Assembly (NCBI GenBank): GCA_964291675.2
Contig: OZ219866.1
Span: 704,001 to 768,000, forward strand
From: Alphaproteobacteria bacterium
Lineage (GTDB): Bacteria > Pseudomonadota > Alphaproteobacteria > MPNO01
Direction of reading: 5' to 3'
DNA: 64,000 bases
Positions 27,347 through 38,213 of the stretch are shown piece after piece. The position numbers and the translations under genes are program-made. The notes beneath the pieces were generated by a model that was given only the letters and a program-made list of their open reading frames with translations, was not told the DNA's origin and ran no database searches. How positions within the stretch are numbered: the first letter of the stretch is position 1; each line of letters starts with the position of its first letter.

Positions 27347-28219
27347 TCAGCGCCCGAACAGGCCCTGCGGACGGACCGCAAGCGCCAGCAGGAGGACGGA
27401 GAAGGCGACCGCCGGCGCCCAGGACGGGCCGTAGAAGGTCGACACCAGGCTCTCGGCGATGCCGAGGATCAGCGCGGCCACCAGCGTGCCGGTGATCGAG
27501 CCCAGCCCGCCGAGCACGACGATGGCGAAGACCTGGCCGATATAGAGCCGCCCGACCGAGGGCTCGATCGGGATGATGATGATCAACAGCGCGCCGGCGA
27601 TCGCCGCCGTGCCGATGCCGAGGCCGAACCCCACCTGCTTGACCTTCACCGGATCGGCGGCCATCAGCTCCAGCGCGAGCCGGTCCTGCGAGACCGCGAG
27701 GATGGCGCGCCCGGTGAAGGTGCGCGCGAGGTAGAGGTAGACGGCCGCGAACATCGCGAGCGAGACCATGCACGGCACGAACATCCGGGTCGGGATGCCG
27801 ATCGCGCCGATCTCCCAGTTGCCGCCGATATAGGGCGCCTGCACCGAGCGGAAGTCGACGCCATAGACCATGATCAGCACCACCTCGATGATGAACATGA
27901 CGCCGAAGAAGAAGGCGAGGCCGCGCAGCGCCTCGTCGTCCCGCCGTTCGAAGGCCTCGTAGTAGAACCGGTAGGTGCCGGCCCCGATCAGGAAGAAGAA
28001 CGGCGCGGCGACCAGCCCGGTGAGGATCGGGTCGAACCCCCACCACTCGTTGCCCATATAGGCGATATAGGCGCCGAGAATGACGAAGGCGGGGTGCGCG
28101 ATGTTGACGATGTCGAGCTGGCCGAAGGTGATCGACAGCCCGAGGCTGACCGCCGCGTAGAACCCCCCGAGGAGCGCGCCCGCGACGAGCGCGTTCCACA
28201 ACAGGTCGAACGTGAACAC
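27347..28219 (-). CDS. Branched-chain-type ABC permease (LivH-like)
   Basis: GLSITFG..NIAH, VLGGLGS, RPQGLFG. Confidence 0.92.
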   Translation of the reverse strand: MFTFDLLWNALVAGALLGGFYAAVSLGLSITFGQLDIVNIAHPAFVILGAYIAYMGNEWWGFDPILTGLVAAPFFFLIGAGTYRFYYEAFERRDDEALRGLAFFFGVMFIIEVVLIMVYGVDFRSVQAPYIGGNWEIGAIGIPTRMFVPCMVSLAMFAAVYLYLARTFTGRAILAVSQDRLALELMAADPVKVKQVGFGLGIGTAAIAGALLIIIIPIEPSVGRLYIGQVFAIVVLGGLGSITGTLVAALILGIAESLVSTFYGPSWAPAVAFSVLLLALAVRPQGLFGR

Positions 28220-28299
28220 TTGAGGCCCGGCCCCCCTACGCCGCCGAAACGGGCGTCACGGCCGCGGCGCGCATCGATGCGCGCCGCGGCCGCTCGGCT

Positions 28300-29559
28300 C
28301 TACCTGGCTTCGGTATAGGGGTAGCGGATCTTCCCGGAAGCCCACTCCTTGGGATACAGGACGACGCGCGTACCGGCCTTGGCGAAGGTGTCGAGCTTGT
28401 TGTCCTTGATATCCTGGTACTGGACCATCAGCGTCCGGGTCTTGGCCCATTCGCCGTTGGGCGCGAACTTCACCTTGCCGACCACGGTGTCGTAGGTGGT
28501 CTTGCGCATGTGCTCGGCGAGCTTGCCGTGGTCGAGGCTGTTGGTCGCCTTCACCGCCTGGCCGAGGATCTCCAGATAGGCGTGCGCGTAGGTCGGCAGG
28601 TAGTAGCCGAGCGGGTCGACGCCCTTGCCCTTGGCCGCGGCCTGGTATTTCTGGAGGAAGGCCTCGACGCCCTCGAAGTTGAGGGTCGGCTCCGGCACCC
28701 AGAAATCGTAGTTGACGATGCCGTTCAGCTTCGGCCCGAGCGCCGTCATGATGGTGGCGTATTGCAGCCCCACCATGCCGCCGCCGAACAGCTTGGTCTT
28801 CAGCCCGAGCTCGGTCGCCGCCTTCACCATGCCCACCGAATCCGGCGGGTAGGCGCCGACATAGACCACGTCCGGGTTGCGCGCCTGGATGGCGCGGACG
28901 ATCGGCGAGAAGTCGGCGGTCTTCGGGTGGTAGCTGCCGTCATAGACGATCTCGAGGCCGTAATTCTTGGCGTGGATGCGCGCGCCCTTGACCGCGTTCT
29001 TGGCGAACTCGGCATCGGCGCCGACCAGCGCGATCGTCTTCGGCTTCGGGTCCTGCTCCATCGCGAGCTCGAAGAAGCCGCGCGACCAGTCGGTGATCGG
29101 CTCCGGCCCGGCCGGCAGGATCTGGAAATAGCGGTCGTAGTTGAACTTGTCGTTCACCGCCAGCCCGAACAGCGCGATGAAGGTCAGGTTGCGCTGCATC
29201 ATGATCGGCATCGCCGGCGCGATCAGGTTGGTGCCGTAGCCCGACACCACGAGGTCGACCTTGTCGACGTCGAGCAGCTTGGTGTAGATGCCGGGCACGG
29301 TGGCCGGGTTGGTCTGGTCGTCGTAATAGATCAACTCGACCTGGCGGCCGAGCAGCCCGCCGGCGGCGTTGATGTCCTTCTCCCAGATCTGCATCGCGAT
29401 CAGCGCCGATTTGCCGGCGCCGGCGAGCCCGCCGGTGAGCGCCATCGAGAAGCCGATCTTGATCGGCTCGGCGGCCTTCGCCGGCGCGCCGGCGATCATC
29501 GCCGCGGCACCGAGCGCGGCCGCGCCGGCCAGCAGGCCGCGCCTGTTCAGTGAGAGCAT
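28300..29559 (-). CDS. Branched-chain-type ABC substrate-binding protein
   Basis: NRRGLL Tat-like signal; IKIG..LTG, INAAGGLLGR. Confidence 0.92.
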   Translation of the reverse strand: MLSLNRRGLLAGAAALGAAAMIAGAPAKAAEPIKIGFSMALTGGLAGAGKSALIAMQIWEKDINAAGGLLGRQVELIYYDDQTNPATVPGIYTKLLDVDKVDLVVSGYGTNLIAPAMPIMMQRNLTFIALFGLAVNDKFNYDRYFQILPAGPEPITDWSRGFFELAMEQDPKPKTIALVGADAEFAKNAVKGARIHAKNYGLEIVYDGSYHPKTADFSPIVRAIQARNPDVVYVGAYPPDSVGMVKAATELGLKTKLFGGGMVGLQYATIMTALGPKLNGIVNYDFWVPEPTLNFEGVEAFLQKYQAAAKGKGVDPLGYYLPTYAHAYLEILGQAVKATNSLDHGKLAEHMRKTTYDTVVGKVKFAPNGEWAKTRTLMVQYQDIKDNKLDTFAKAGTRVVLYPKEWASGKIRYPYTEAR

Positions 29560-29688
29560 GCTCTACCTCCCCGTTCTTGGTCGGGCCAATCTTACGCGGC
29601 AATCGGCGGCGCCTGCAAGCGACGGGCACATGGGCCGCCCCGTCCCGGGCGGCGACGGGCGGCGACGCGATGGGGAGTCGCGGCGGGC

Positions 29689-29764
<76 letters not shown>

Positions 29765-29877
29765 CGCGCGGGTGGTCCCGACCGGACGGCGACCATAGCC
29801 GGAAGACGGGCGGGAAGCAATTTGGCGGCGAAGCGCGGGCGGTAGGGGGTCGGGCGTCTCCCTTGGTCGGAATCGAT

Positions 29878-29908
29878 TTGACTTATACGATATCCGTATT
29901 ACATATTG
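29878..29908 (+). promoter_or_regulatory. higBA promoter/operator
   Basis: TTGACT followed by palindrome ATACG-N5-CGTAT and an AT-rich -10 region just before the ATG. Confidence 0.55.
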
Positions 29909-29911
29909 CGG

Positions 29912-30193
29912 ATGGCAATTCGGTCGTTCGCGGACAAGGCAATGGAAGCCGTTTGGCTGGATCTGCGGGTCCCCCGTTTCGAGGCCATACAGGCTCGGGC
30001 CAAGCGCAGGCTCAACGTGCTCAACGCGGCGACCACGCTGGACGACTTGCGGAACAACCCCGGCGCCCGGCTGCACAGGCTAAGGGGCGATCGCGCCGGT
30101 CAGTGGTCCATTGCCATCAACGATCGCTATCGAATCGTGTTCGACTGGCAGGAGGAGCCAGCCAACGTTCAAATAGCGGACTATCGCCGCTGA
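29912..30193 (+). CDS. higB: HigB/RelE-like toxin
   Basis: IRSF.DK, LHRLRGDRAGQWSI.IND.YRI; ends DYRR. Confidence 0.85.
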   Translation: MAIRSFADKAMEAVWLDLRVPRFEAIQARAKRRLNVLNAATTLDDLRNNPGARLHRLRGDRAGQWSIAINDRYRIVFDWQEEPANVQIADYRR

Positions 30194-30233
30194 AGCGGTA
30201 CGGTTGCACGAAATATACAACGGAACGACTGAC

Positions 30234-30527
30234 ATGATCGGGCCCATCCATCCGGGAGCGACCCTCTTCGAAGACTTCATGGAGCCCTGCGGGCTCAGCG
30301 CCAGCGGCCTCGCGAGGGCGCTCGACATTCCGCAGAACCGGGTCAGCGACATCGTTCGCGGGCGCCGCGGCATCACCGCCGATACCGCGCTCAGGCTGGA
30401 GCGCGCCTTCGGCGTGTCGGCCGCGTTCTGGGTCAACCTGCAGTCCCACTACGAGCTGGAGGTCGCCGAGCGCGACAACGGCGCCGCCATCAGGAATACG
30501 GTAAAACGCCTCCCCGGCGCCGCCTGA
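30234..30527 (+). CDS. higA: HigA antitoxin
   Basis: HPG..L, RRGITADTALRL, FWVNLQ..YEL. Confidence 0.9.
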   Translation: MIGPIHPGATLFEDFMEPCGLSASGLARALDIPQNRVSDIVRGRRGITADTALRLERAFGVSAAFWVNLQSHYELEVAERDNGAAIRNTVKRLPGAA

Positions 30528-30600
30528 TGCCCCGCCGCCGTTGATCGCGGCCGCGGTTGCGCTATCATCCGGCGCGTTTCGCCAGGGGATGCGCCCGCCC

Positions 30601-30777
30601 ATGAAGCAGCCGATCGAGCCGCCGGAGATCGTCGAGGTCGACGCCACGGAGGTCGCCTGCGACGGCGACGGCGGCGCGCTGGGCCACCCGAAGGTGTTCC
30701 TCAGCCTCGCCAACGCGGGGCGGGTCGAATGCCCCTATTGCGACCGGATGTTCGTGCTCAGGCCCGGAAACGGCTGA
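30601..30777 (+). CDS. zf-CHCC zinc-finger protein
   Basis: ACDG..GALGHPKV...CPYC. Confidence 0.85.
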   Translation: MKQPIEPPEIVEVDATEVACDGDGGALGHPKVFLSLANAGRVECPYCDRMFVLRPGNG

Positions 30778-30786
30778 GCCGGCGCC

Positions 30787-31107
30787 TCACAGCGCGGAAC
30801 GGATCCATTCGACGATCTTCGACTTGGGCAGCGCGCCGACCTTGGTGGCGGCGAGCTCGCCGCCCTTGAAGATCATCAGCGTCGGGATGCCGCGCACGCC
30901 GAACTTGGACGGCGTCATCGGGTTGTCGTCGATATTGATCTTGGCGACGGTCAGCTCGTCGCCCATCTCGTCCGAGATCTCCTCGAGAGACGGGCCGATC
31001 TGCTTGCACGGGCCGCACCACTCGGCCCAGAAATCGACCACCACCGGGCCGTCGGCCCGCAGGACATCGGCGTCGAAGGAGTCGTCCGATACCGCCTTGC
31101 TCGCCAT
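30787..31107 (-). CDS. trxA: Thioredoxin
   Basis: WCGPC; located after addA. Confidence 0.96.
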   Translation of the reverse strand: MASKAVSDDSFDADVLRADGPVVVDFWAEWCGPCKQIGPSLEEISDEMGDELTVAKINIDDNPMTPSKFGVRGIPTLMIFKGGELAATKVGALPKSKIVEWIRSAL

Positions 31108-31169
31108 GAATCGCTCCTTCGTCTCCGGTTACGCCACCCCCTCTTAACTAGGCGGCGGCGCTCCGACCG

Positions 31170-34100
31170 TCAAGGCGGCACGGCGTCGAGCAGCGCCTCC
31201 GGCACCGCCATCGCCGCCGGCCCGGCGGTCCAGACGAGGGTGCAGTCGATGCGCCGGTCCGGGTAGATCTCGGCCAGCAGCGCCCGGTAGGCCGCGATCT
31301 GGCGCAGATAGCGGCCCGGGATGCCTTCCGGCGCCGCGGGCGGGTTGCGGTCGGTCTTGAACTCGACCAGCCGGACCGCCCCGTCGTCGACCGCGAGACG
31401 GTCGATGGAGCCCGAATACGCCCGCCCGCCGACGCGGCCGACCACCGGGACCTCGGCCCTGGACCCGGGCGCGAACGCGGCGGCGATGACGGGATCGGCG
31501 ACCACGGCGGCGATCTCCTCCGCGATCGCGCGCCGCTCCGCCGGCGCGAGCGCCAGCGCCGGGCGGGCGAGATAGGCCGCGATGGCGGGGCCGGGGTCGC
31601 CCGGCGGCGGGGCCGGGATGCGCCGCAGGATGTCGTGCACGATGCGCCCGCGCCGCATCGCGCCCGCGCCGCCGGGCGAGGGCGCGCCGTCCTCGTCCAG
31701 CCGGGACGGGGCGAGCGGGGGCCCGTCCGCCGGCTCCGCCGGGGCCGCCCGCAGCGCCCAGCCGGGCAGGGAGCCGGTCTCCGCCGCCTCGGGCCGGGTC
31801 TCCGCGCGCCGGTCGGGCGGCGCGGTCTGCGGCGCCTCCAGGACCAGCCCCGGCCCGGCCACCGCGATCCCCTCCTCCGGCGCCTCCAGGACGATCTCGC
31901 GCGCCTCGGCGATGGGCTTGAGCGCGCGCTCGACCATCGCGTACCAGCAGTCGTCGGGCACCGCGTCGCGCTGCGCGTAGCCGGCGACATAGAGCCGGTC
32001 CTCGGCCCGCGTCATCGCCACGTAGAGCAGCCGGCGATACTCCTCCTCGGCGCGCTCGCGTTCTTGCGCCGCGAGGGATTCGGAGACCGGGTCGCGGGCT
32101 TCGCGGCGGCGCTTCCACACCAGGATCGGCGGCGCGGTGTCCGACCAGAGCACGGGGTCGCGCTCGGTCGGCGCCTGCATCCGGTCGGCGAGGACGACGA
32201 CCGGCGCCTGCAACCCCTTGGCGCCGTGCACGGTCAGCACCCGGACCTCGTCGCGCTCGGCCTGCTCCAGGTCGCGCTTGACCTCGGCGCGGGCGCCGCG
32301 GAACCACGCCACGAAGCCCTGCAGCGACGGGCTGTGCTCGCGCTCGTAGTCGAGGGCGAGGCCGAGAAACTCGTCGATCGGGTCCTCCGCGTCCGGGCCG
32401 AGCCGGGCGACGATCCGCCGGCGCCCGCCCATCGGCCCGAGGATGCGGCTGAAGAACTCGAAGGGCGGCACGAAATCCGCCATCGCAAGCACCGCGCCGA
32501 GCACCTCCCGGGCGCGCTCGAAGCGGGGCTCGCCGGCGCGCCCGGCGAGCGCGGCGTGGAGCGGGACGCCGTCGCGTCCGTGCGCGAGATCGAACAGCGC
32601 CTCCTCGTCGAGCCCGACCAGCGGCCCCTTGAGCACCGCGGCCAGGGTGAGGTCGTCGTCGACCATCAGCGCCGCCTCGGCGAGCGCCAGCAGGTCCATC
32701 GCCGCGAGCTGGGTCGACAGCGCCAGCCGGTCGATCCCGGCGACGCCGACGGCGCGCTGCTTGAGCGCGCGTACCAGATGGTCGACGAAGGCGCCGCGGT
32801 GGCGCACCAGCACCATGACATCGCCGGCGCGCATCGCCCGGCCGCGGCTCTCCAGGCGTTCGCCGTCCGCGAGCCAGCGCGCGATCGTCGCCGCCAGCGC
32901 CTCGGCGAGACGGTAGGCGGGGGTCTGCTGGACGAACGGCCGGACCGCCGGCTGCCAGGGGTCGTCGTCCACCGGATCGCTCGGCCGGGCCGGCGGCCAG
33001 AGCACCACCGACCCGGCCTGCCCGGCGCGGCCGGCGGCGTGGGAGACCGGCCGCTCGCCCAGCCCGCGCGCGGTATCCGGGTCGGCGAACACCGCATCGA
33101 CCGCGCGCAGCACCGCCTCCGTCGAGCGGAAGGAGCGGCCCAGCGCGACGCCCTCCCAGGCCGCGCCCGAATCTTCGGCGCGGCGGCGGAAGTCCTCCCG
33201 CATGGCAGCGAAGGCGTCCGCCTCGACGCCCTGAAAGCTGTAGATCGACTGTTTCGGATCGCCCACCGCGAACACCGTGCGCGGCGCCTCGCGCGCGCTC
33301 TCGCCGGCGAAGAAATCCGCGGCCAGCGCCCGGACCACCGCCCATTGCCGGGGGTTGGTGTCCTGCGCCTCGTCGATCAGCACGTGATCGATGCCGCCGT
33401 CGAGCTTGTACAGCACCCAGAGCGCCGCCCGGTCCTCGACCAGCTCCTGCACCCCGGCGATCAGGTCGTCGTAGTCGAGCCGCCCGCGGCGCGCCTTCTC
33501 CGACCGGTAGGCCGCGAGCAGGGTCGCGCCGATCCGGGCGAGCGCGGCGCTCTCGGCGGCGGTCGCGGCGGCGAGCAGGCGTCGCCGGACAACCTGGACC
33601 CGTTCGGCCTCGGCCCGCCAGGCCTCGGCCGCCTCCGGCGCCGCCCGCGCCACGTCCCCGGTCGGCAGGTTCCTGCGGATGCCGCCGGCCTGGGTCAGGA
33701 AGGCCAGGGCGTAGTCGGCGAAGGCCTGTCGCGTCGGCGCCGGGTCTTCGAGCCATGCGGCGATCGCCGCGCCGGCCTTGCGGTCGGTCGGCCGCCCGGC
33801 GAGCAGCGCCTCCGCCGCGCGCCGCAGCCCGTCGCGGTCGGACGCCTCCCCGGCGCAGGCAGCGGCGAGGATCGTCTCCCCGGTCTCCGCCGGATCGAGG
33901 CCGAAATGGCGATGGGTCGCCGCCTCGATCCCGGGCAGCGCCCGGGCGGCGAGCGCCTCGATCCTGCCGCGCTCGCGCGCGAGCGCGGCCATCAGCTCGT
34001 CGAACCGGCTCTCCTCGCCGCGCCCGGCGACGATCGCGAAGGCGCGGGCGAGCGGGGAGTCCGGGGCGCGCGAGGCTTCGCCGATCGCGGCGTCGCGGGC

Positions 34101-34562
34101 GCGGCGCAGGGTCTCGCTTTCGGTGCGCTCGTCCATCACCCGGAAATGCGGGTCGACCCGGGCTTCCAGCGGGAAGCGGCCGAGCACGGACTGGCAGAAG
34201 GCGTGGATGGTCTGGATCTTCATCCCGCCGGGAGCGTCCAGCACTTCGAGGAACAGCGCCCGCGCCCGCGCCGCGGTCCCGGCGTCGGGCGGGCCTTCGA
34301 GAAGATCGGCGAGGACGCCCCGGAGCGCCGCGTCGGACAGGGTCGACCAGTCGCCGAGCGCGGCGAAGATGCGGTTGGCCATCTCGGCCGCCGCCGCGCG
34401 GGTGAAGGTCAGCGCCAGGATGCGCTCCGGCGGCGTGCCGGCGAGCAGCAGCCGCAGCACCCGGTCGGCCAGCACCTTGGTCTTGCCGGTCCCGGCCGAG
34501 GCGTCGACCCAGGCCGAGACCGCCGGGCGCGAGGCCAGGGCCTGGCCGGCGGGACCGCTCAC
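31170..34562 (-). CDS. addA: Helicase/nuclease AddA
   Basis: ASAGTGKT, LIDEAQD, VGDPKQSIY, LYVAMTRA, C-terminal IDRL..EFKT; GTGA overlap with addB. Confidence 0.93.
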   Translation of the reverse strand: MSGPAGQALASRPAVSAWVDASAGTGKTKVLADRVLRLLLAGTPPERILALTFTRAAAAEMANRIFAALGDWSTLSDAALRGVLADLLEGPPDAGTAARARALFLEVLDAPGGMKIQTIHAFCQSVLGRFPLEARVDPHFRVMDERTESETLRRARDAAIGEASRAPDSPLARAFAIVAGRGEESRFDELMAALARERGRIEALAARALPGIEAATHRHFGLDPAETGETILAAACAGEASDRDGLRRAAEALLAGRPTDRKAGAAIAAWLEDPAPTRQAFADYALAFLTQAGGIRRNLPTGDVARAAPEAAEAWRAEAERVQVVRRRLLAAATAAESAALARIGATLLAAYRSEKARRGRLDYDDLIAGVQELVEDRAALWVLYKLDGGIDHVLIDEAQDTNPRQWAVVRALAADFFAGESAREAPRTVFAVGDPKQSIYSFQGVEADAFAAMREDFRRRAEDSGAAWEGVALGRSFRSTEAVLRAVDAVFADPDTARGLGERPVSHAAGRAGQAGSVVLWPPARPSDPVDDDPWQPAVRPFVQQTPAYRLAEALAATIARWLADGERLESRGRAMRAGDVMVLVRHRGAFVDHLVRALKQRAVGVAGIDRLALSTQLAAMDLLALAEAALMVDDDLTLAAVLKGPLVGLDEEALFDLAHGRDGVPLHAALAGRAGEPRFERAREVLGAVLAMADFVPPFEFFSRILGPMGGRRRIVARLGPDAEDPIDEFLGLALDYEREHSPSLQGFVAWFRGARAEVKRDLEQAERDEVRVLTVHGAKGLQAPVVVLADRMQAPTERDPVLWSDTAPPILVWKRRREARDPVSESLAAQERERAEEEYRRLLYVAMTRAEDRLYVAGYAQRDAVPDDCWYAMVERALKPIAEAREIVLEAPEEGIAVAGPGLVLEAPQTAPPDRRAETRPEAAETGSLPGWALRAAPAEPADGPPLAPSRLDEDGAPSPGGAGAMRRGRIVHDILRRIPAPPPGDPGPAIAAYLARPALALAPAERRAIAEEIAAVVADPVIAAAFAPGSRAEVPVVGRVGGRAYSGSIDRLAVDDGAVRLVEFKTDRNPPAAPEGIPGRYLRQIAAYRALLAEIYPDRRIDCTLVWTAGPAAMAVPEALLDAVPP

Positions 34563-37474
34563 CGCCACCGCCCCGCCGCCCGCCCCGGCGCGTACTCGGC
34601 GAGGCGTTCCAGATGGTGGTAGTCGTTGAAGGCCGGGGCGCGGTCGGCATGCGGCTGCGGAACATAGGGGACCGCGGGGTCGTCGAAATGGCGGATCAGC
34701 CGCTCCAGGCCCGCGCGCGCCGCATCCGCATCGGCCTCGACCGGCAGCTCTTCGCCCGGCGGGTCGCCGCCGGACAGCTTCCAATAGGCGAGGCCGGGCC
34801 GCGGCGCGGCGGGGATTTCCGCGAACCCGCCGGCGGCCAGGATCGCGGCTTCGAGCGGGAGCTGCGGCGCGATGCCGGCGCCGACCTCCTTGCGCGAGGG
34901 CACGGCGCCGGTCTTGTAATCGACGATCGCGGCGCTGCCGTCGGCCATCACGTCGATCCGGTCGGCCCGCGCAACGAGGGTGAAGGGGCCGGCCGGAGCG
35001 GCAATATCGAGCCGGCCTTCGAGCTCGGTCAGGATGGCCGCGACGCCCGGCCTGTGGCGGTTCTCGCGGTCGACGATCCAGCGCGCGATACGCGCGAAGC
35101 GGGGCCGCCAGAAGGCGCGCACGCCGGGCCGCTCGGCCATCGCGCCGAGCCTGGCGTCGCCGATCGCCAGCAGCCGTTCCAACGCGTCCTCGGGCAGGGC
35201 GCCGGGGAAGGCGCGGAGAAAGGCGTCCAGCGCCTCGTGGACGAAACGGCCGCGCTCCGCCGCGCCGGGGTCGGCGTCGATCGGCTCCAGCGCCTTGAGG
35301 TCCAGCACGTGCCTCGCATAGATCGCGTAGGGGTCGCGGATCAGGGTCTCGACCTGGGTGACGGAGAGCCGGCGCGGGCGCGCCTCGACCGGCGGCACGG
35401 GGGCCGGCGCCCGGATCTGTTCGGCTTCTTCGGGCCGGTCCAGCATGGCCCGCCAGGCGCTCCAGCGCGCCGCTCCCCGGACAAGCTTGCCGGAATCGGG
35501 GCCGAGCGCGTTGTCGAGCCGCATCAGCCAGCGCGACGGGACGGTGGGGGTGCCGGCCTCGCGCACCGCGCGGGTGAGGAACACCTCGGGCGCGGCGAAG
35601 AGCTGGCTGAAATCGTGCGCGGCGAGGCCGATCCGGCGCTCATGCGCGGGCAGGCCGAAGGCGCCGCGCATCGGCCGGCTCATCCACGGATCGGCCGGCG
35701 GCTGGGCCGGCCAGGTTCCCTCGTTCAATCCGCCGAGAACGACCCGGTCGGCGCCCTGGAGCCTGGCCTCCAGCACGCCCCAGATCTGCAGCCGCGGGTG
35801 GCGGCCGTAGCGCGGCCTGACCGCGCGGCCGCGCATCAACGTGTCCAGCAGGTCGGGCCAGGCCCGCGCCTCGACCGGGCGGAGCCCGCGCGCGGCGCCG
35901 CGGAGCTCGTCCATGAAATCGCCCGCCGCCCGGCCGTCGTCGCCCGACCACAGCCGCGCCGCGCCGCCCGCCCCGGCGCCCGCCGCCAGACGCTCGGCGG
36001 CCTCGACCTGCGCGCTCGCCAGCTCGGCGAGCCCGACCCGCCCGCCGCTCGCGAGCAGCGCATCCAGCGGCGCCACCGCCCCGGCGACCGAATCGAGCCA
36101 GCGGACGAGCGCGCGGTCGCCGCCGAGCGCGAGCCTCAGCCCGTCGGCGCCGGGGGCCGGGCGCGGGCCCCTGAGCGCCACGCGTTCGAGCCCGCGGACC
36201 CGGGCGCGGAACGCGCCCGGCTCCATCCCGCAGGCGGCGAGCGGGTGCTTGAGGAGGGACAGCAGCGGCACCGGCGCCCAGCCCTCGGCGAGCGCCCGGG
36301 CGAGCAGGCGGAGAAACGCGCCCGCGGGGGTGAGCGCGAGCGGCGTGCCGCCGGAGTCGTCGATCTCCACCCCCCAGCGCAGGAGCTCCGCCGCGACCCG
36401 GCGCGCGAGCCCGCGGTCGGGGGTGACCAGCGCCGCCGTCTTGCCCGGCGTCTCCAGCGTCTCGCGCAGGAGCAGCGCGATCGTCGTCGCCTCCTCCCGC
36501 GCGCCGACGCAGTCGATGCGGCAGACGCCGTCGAGCGCGGCGTCGAGCGCGATGCCGCCGGGCGGCGGCGCCGCGGCCCCGGCCGGACGCATGGCGGCGG
36601 CGAGCAGCCGGCTGCGCGGCGTCCCGGCGGGCTCGCATCCGGGCCAGAGCGCGACGTCGGCGGGCTCGGCCCCGAGCGCGTCGAGCACCGAATGGAGGCC
36701 GTATTGCGGATGGCCGGCGTCGAGCGCGGCGCGGGTCTCGGGATCGAGCGTCCGGTCGAGCCCCGGGAGCACCACCGCGCCGTTGGCGAGCCCGGCGACG
36801 GCCTTCATCAGGAGGCGGGTGGCGGGCACGCTGCCGGTGGAGCCGGCGAGGATCACGCGGCCGGCCGGGGGGCTCTCCCGCCAGGCTTCGATGCGCGTCT
36901 CGATCAGCCGGTTGCGCCGCTCGGCCGGGCCGATCGCACCCTCCCCGGCGAGCACCGCCGGCCAGGCCTCGGTGACGATGCGCAGGAAGTCGAGCGTGAC
37001 CTGCCAGTGCGCGGCGAGGCTGTCGGGCACCAGCTCGGCGAGCCGGTCGAAGCCGATTCCCTCGGTCTCCACCTGGTCGAGCAGCCGCGCCAGCTCGGCG
37101 GCGAGCCCGGCGATGCGCGCCGAATCCTCGCCGTCCCCCTCGCGCGCGCGGATCAGCTCGGCGAGCAGGAGCTGGCGGCGCAGCGGCGGGATCGCCGGCG
37201 GCAGGTCGAGCGGAGCGTCGGCCGACAGGTCCTCGGCCTCGAATCCCTCGTCGAGCCCGATATCGCCGATCGGCGCGATCGCCGGCAGCAGCAGCGCGCG
37301 GCCGGGGCTCGCGCGCAGCATCGCCTCGCCGAGAGCCCGGCAGGCCCGCCGGTTGGGCAGCAGCACCGTGGCGTCCGCGCCGTCGTCCAGCAGCCCGCCT
37401 GCGAGCGCATCGAGAAACGGAATCCCGGCCGGGATCGTGAACAGCCCGGTCGGCGCGGGCCCGGCGCCGGTCAT
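34559..37474 (-). CDS. addB: Double-strand break repair protein AddB
   Basis: LPNRRA, AGSTGS, LVTPDR, LNEGTWP, ADRID..DYKTG. Confidence 0.93.
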   Translation of the reverse strand: MTGAGPAPTGLFTIPAGIPFLDALAGGLLDDGADATVLLPNRRACRALGEAMLRASPGRALLLPAIAPIGDIGLDEGFEAEDLSADAPLDLPPAIPPLRRQLLLAELIRAREGDGEDSARIAGLAAELARLLDQVETEGIGFDRLAELVPDSLAAHWQVTLDFLRIVTEAWPAVLAGEGAIGPAERRNRLIETRIEAWRESPPAGRVILAGSTGSVPATRLLMKAVAGLANGAVVLPGLDRTLDPETRAALDAGHPQYGLHSVLDALGAEPADVALWPGCEPAGTPRSRLLAAAMRPAGAAAPPPGGIALDAALDGVCRIDCVGAREEATTIALLLRETLETPGKTAALVTPDRGLARRVAAELLRWGVEIDDSGGTPLALTPAGAFLRLLARALAEGWAPVPLLSLLKHPLAACGMEPGAFRARVRGLERVALRGPRPAPGADGLRLALGGDRALVRWLDSVAGAVAPLDALLASGGRVGLAELASAQVEAAERLAAGAGAGGAARLWSGDDGRAAGDFMDELRGAARGLRPVEARAWPDLLDTLMRGRAVRPRYGRHPRLQIWGVLEARLQGADRVVLGGLNEGTWPAQPPADPWMSRPMRGAFGLPAHERRIGLAAHDFSQLFAAPEVFLTRAVREAGTPTVPSRWLMRLDNALGPDSGKLVRGAARWSAWRAMLDRPEEAEQIRAPAPVPPVEARPRRLSVTQVETLIRDPYAIYARHVLDLKALEPIDADPGAAERGRFVHEALDAFLRAFPGALPEDALERLLAIGDARLGAMAERPGVRAFWRPRFARIARWIVDRENRHRPGVAAILTELEGRLDIAAPAGPFTLVARADRIDVMADGSAAIVDYKTGAVPSRKEVGAGIAPQLPLEAAILAAGGFAEIPAAPRPGLAYWKLSGGDPPGEELPVEADADAARAGLERLIRHFDDPAVPYVPQPHADRAPAFNDYHHLERLAEYAPGRAAGRWR

Positions 37475-37478
37475 CCCG

Positions 37479-38213
37479 TCATCCGACGTGGAAGTCGCGC
37501 GCGCCGGGCCGGCCGAGCAGCCGGTCCTCGGCGGTCTTGAGCGCCGCCGGCGTGCCGACATGGAACCACTCCCCGTCATGCACGACGCCGAACAGCCGGC
37601 CCGCGCGCTCGGCCCGGTCGTAGAGCAGGTTGAGCGAGAACGGACTCTTCGGCGGGGCGTCGAACAGCCGGGGGTGGAGCAGCTGCACGCCGGTGAACAC
37701 ATAGGGCGAGACGTCCCGGGCGGCGCGCCGGTGCAGCGCCCCGTCGGCGTCCATGAAGTAGTCGCCGCGCCCGTCATAGCCGTGCGCGCCGACACAGCGA
37801 TGCATCAGGAGCAGCGCGTCCATCGCCGCGTCGTCCCAGCTTCGGACGAGGCGTTCGAGCGCCGGCGTCGGACCGTCGAGCCAGGCGATGTCGGCGTTGA
37901 CCACGAAGAACGGCGCATCGCCGAGCCGGTCCAGCGCGTTCGCCACCCCGCCGCCGGTGTCGAGCAGGACCGCTTCATGGCGCATCGCGGTCCGCGGGCT
38001 CGGCCGCGCCGCGAGGTGGGACTCGATCCGGTCGCCGAGATGGTGGCGGTTCACCACCACCTCGTCGATCCCGAAGGCCTCCAGCCGGTCGAGCGCGCGG
38101 TCGAGCATGGTCTGCCCGCCGACCTCGATCAGCGGCTTGGGCACGGTGTCGGTCAGCGGCCGCATGCGCGTGCCGAGCCCGGCCGCCAGCACCATCGCGC
38201 GGCGCGGCCTCAC
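37479..38213 (-). CDS. murU: Nucleotidyltransferase (MurU-like)
   Basis: LAAGLGTRMRPLT..PKPL, WFHVGTP; follows the amgK-like gene. Confidence 0.85.
   Translation of the reverse strand: MRPRRAMVLAAGLGTRMRPLTDTVPKPLIEVGGQTMLDRALDRLEAFGIDEVVVNRHHLGDRIESHLAARPSPRTAMRHEAVLLDTGGGVANALDRLGDAPFFVVNADIAWLDGPTPALERLVRSWDDAAMDALLLMHRCVGAHGYDGRGDYFMDADGALHRRAARDVSPYVFTGVQLLHPRLFDAPPKSPFSLNLLYDRAERAGRLFGVVHDGEWFHVGTPAALKTAEDRLLGRPGARDFHVG

Noticed and set aside
29841-29862. GTAGGGGGTC before two higA loci (also ~60355) as a REP or Tn3 end
   Set aside because: Only about 10 bp of low complexity with weak stems; one copy includes the tauD stop codon.
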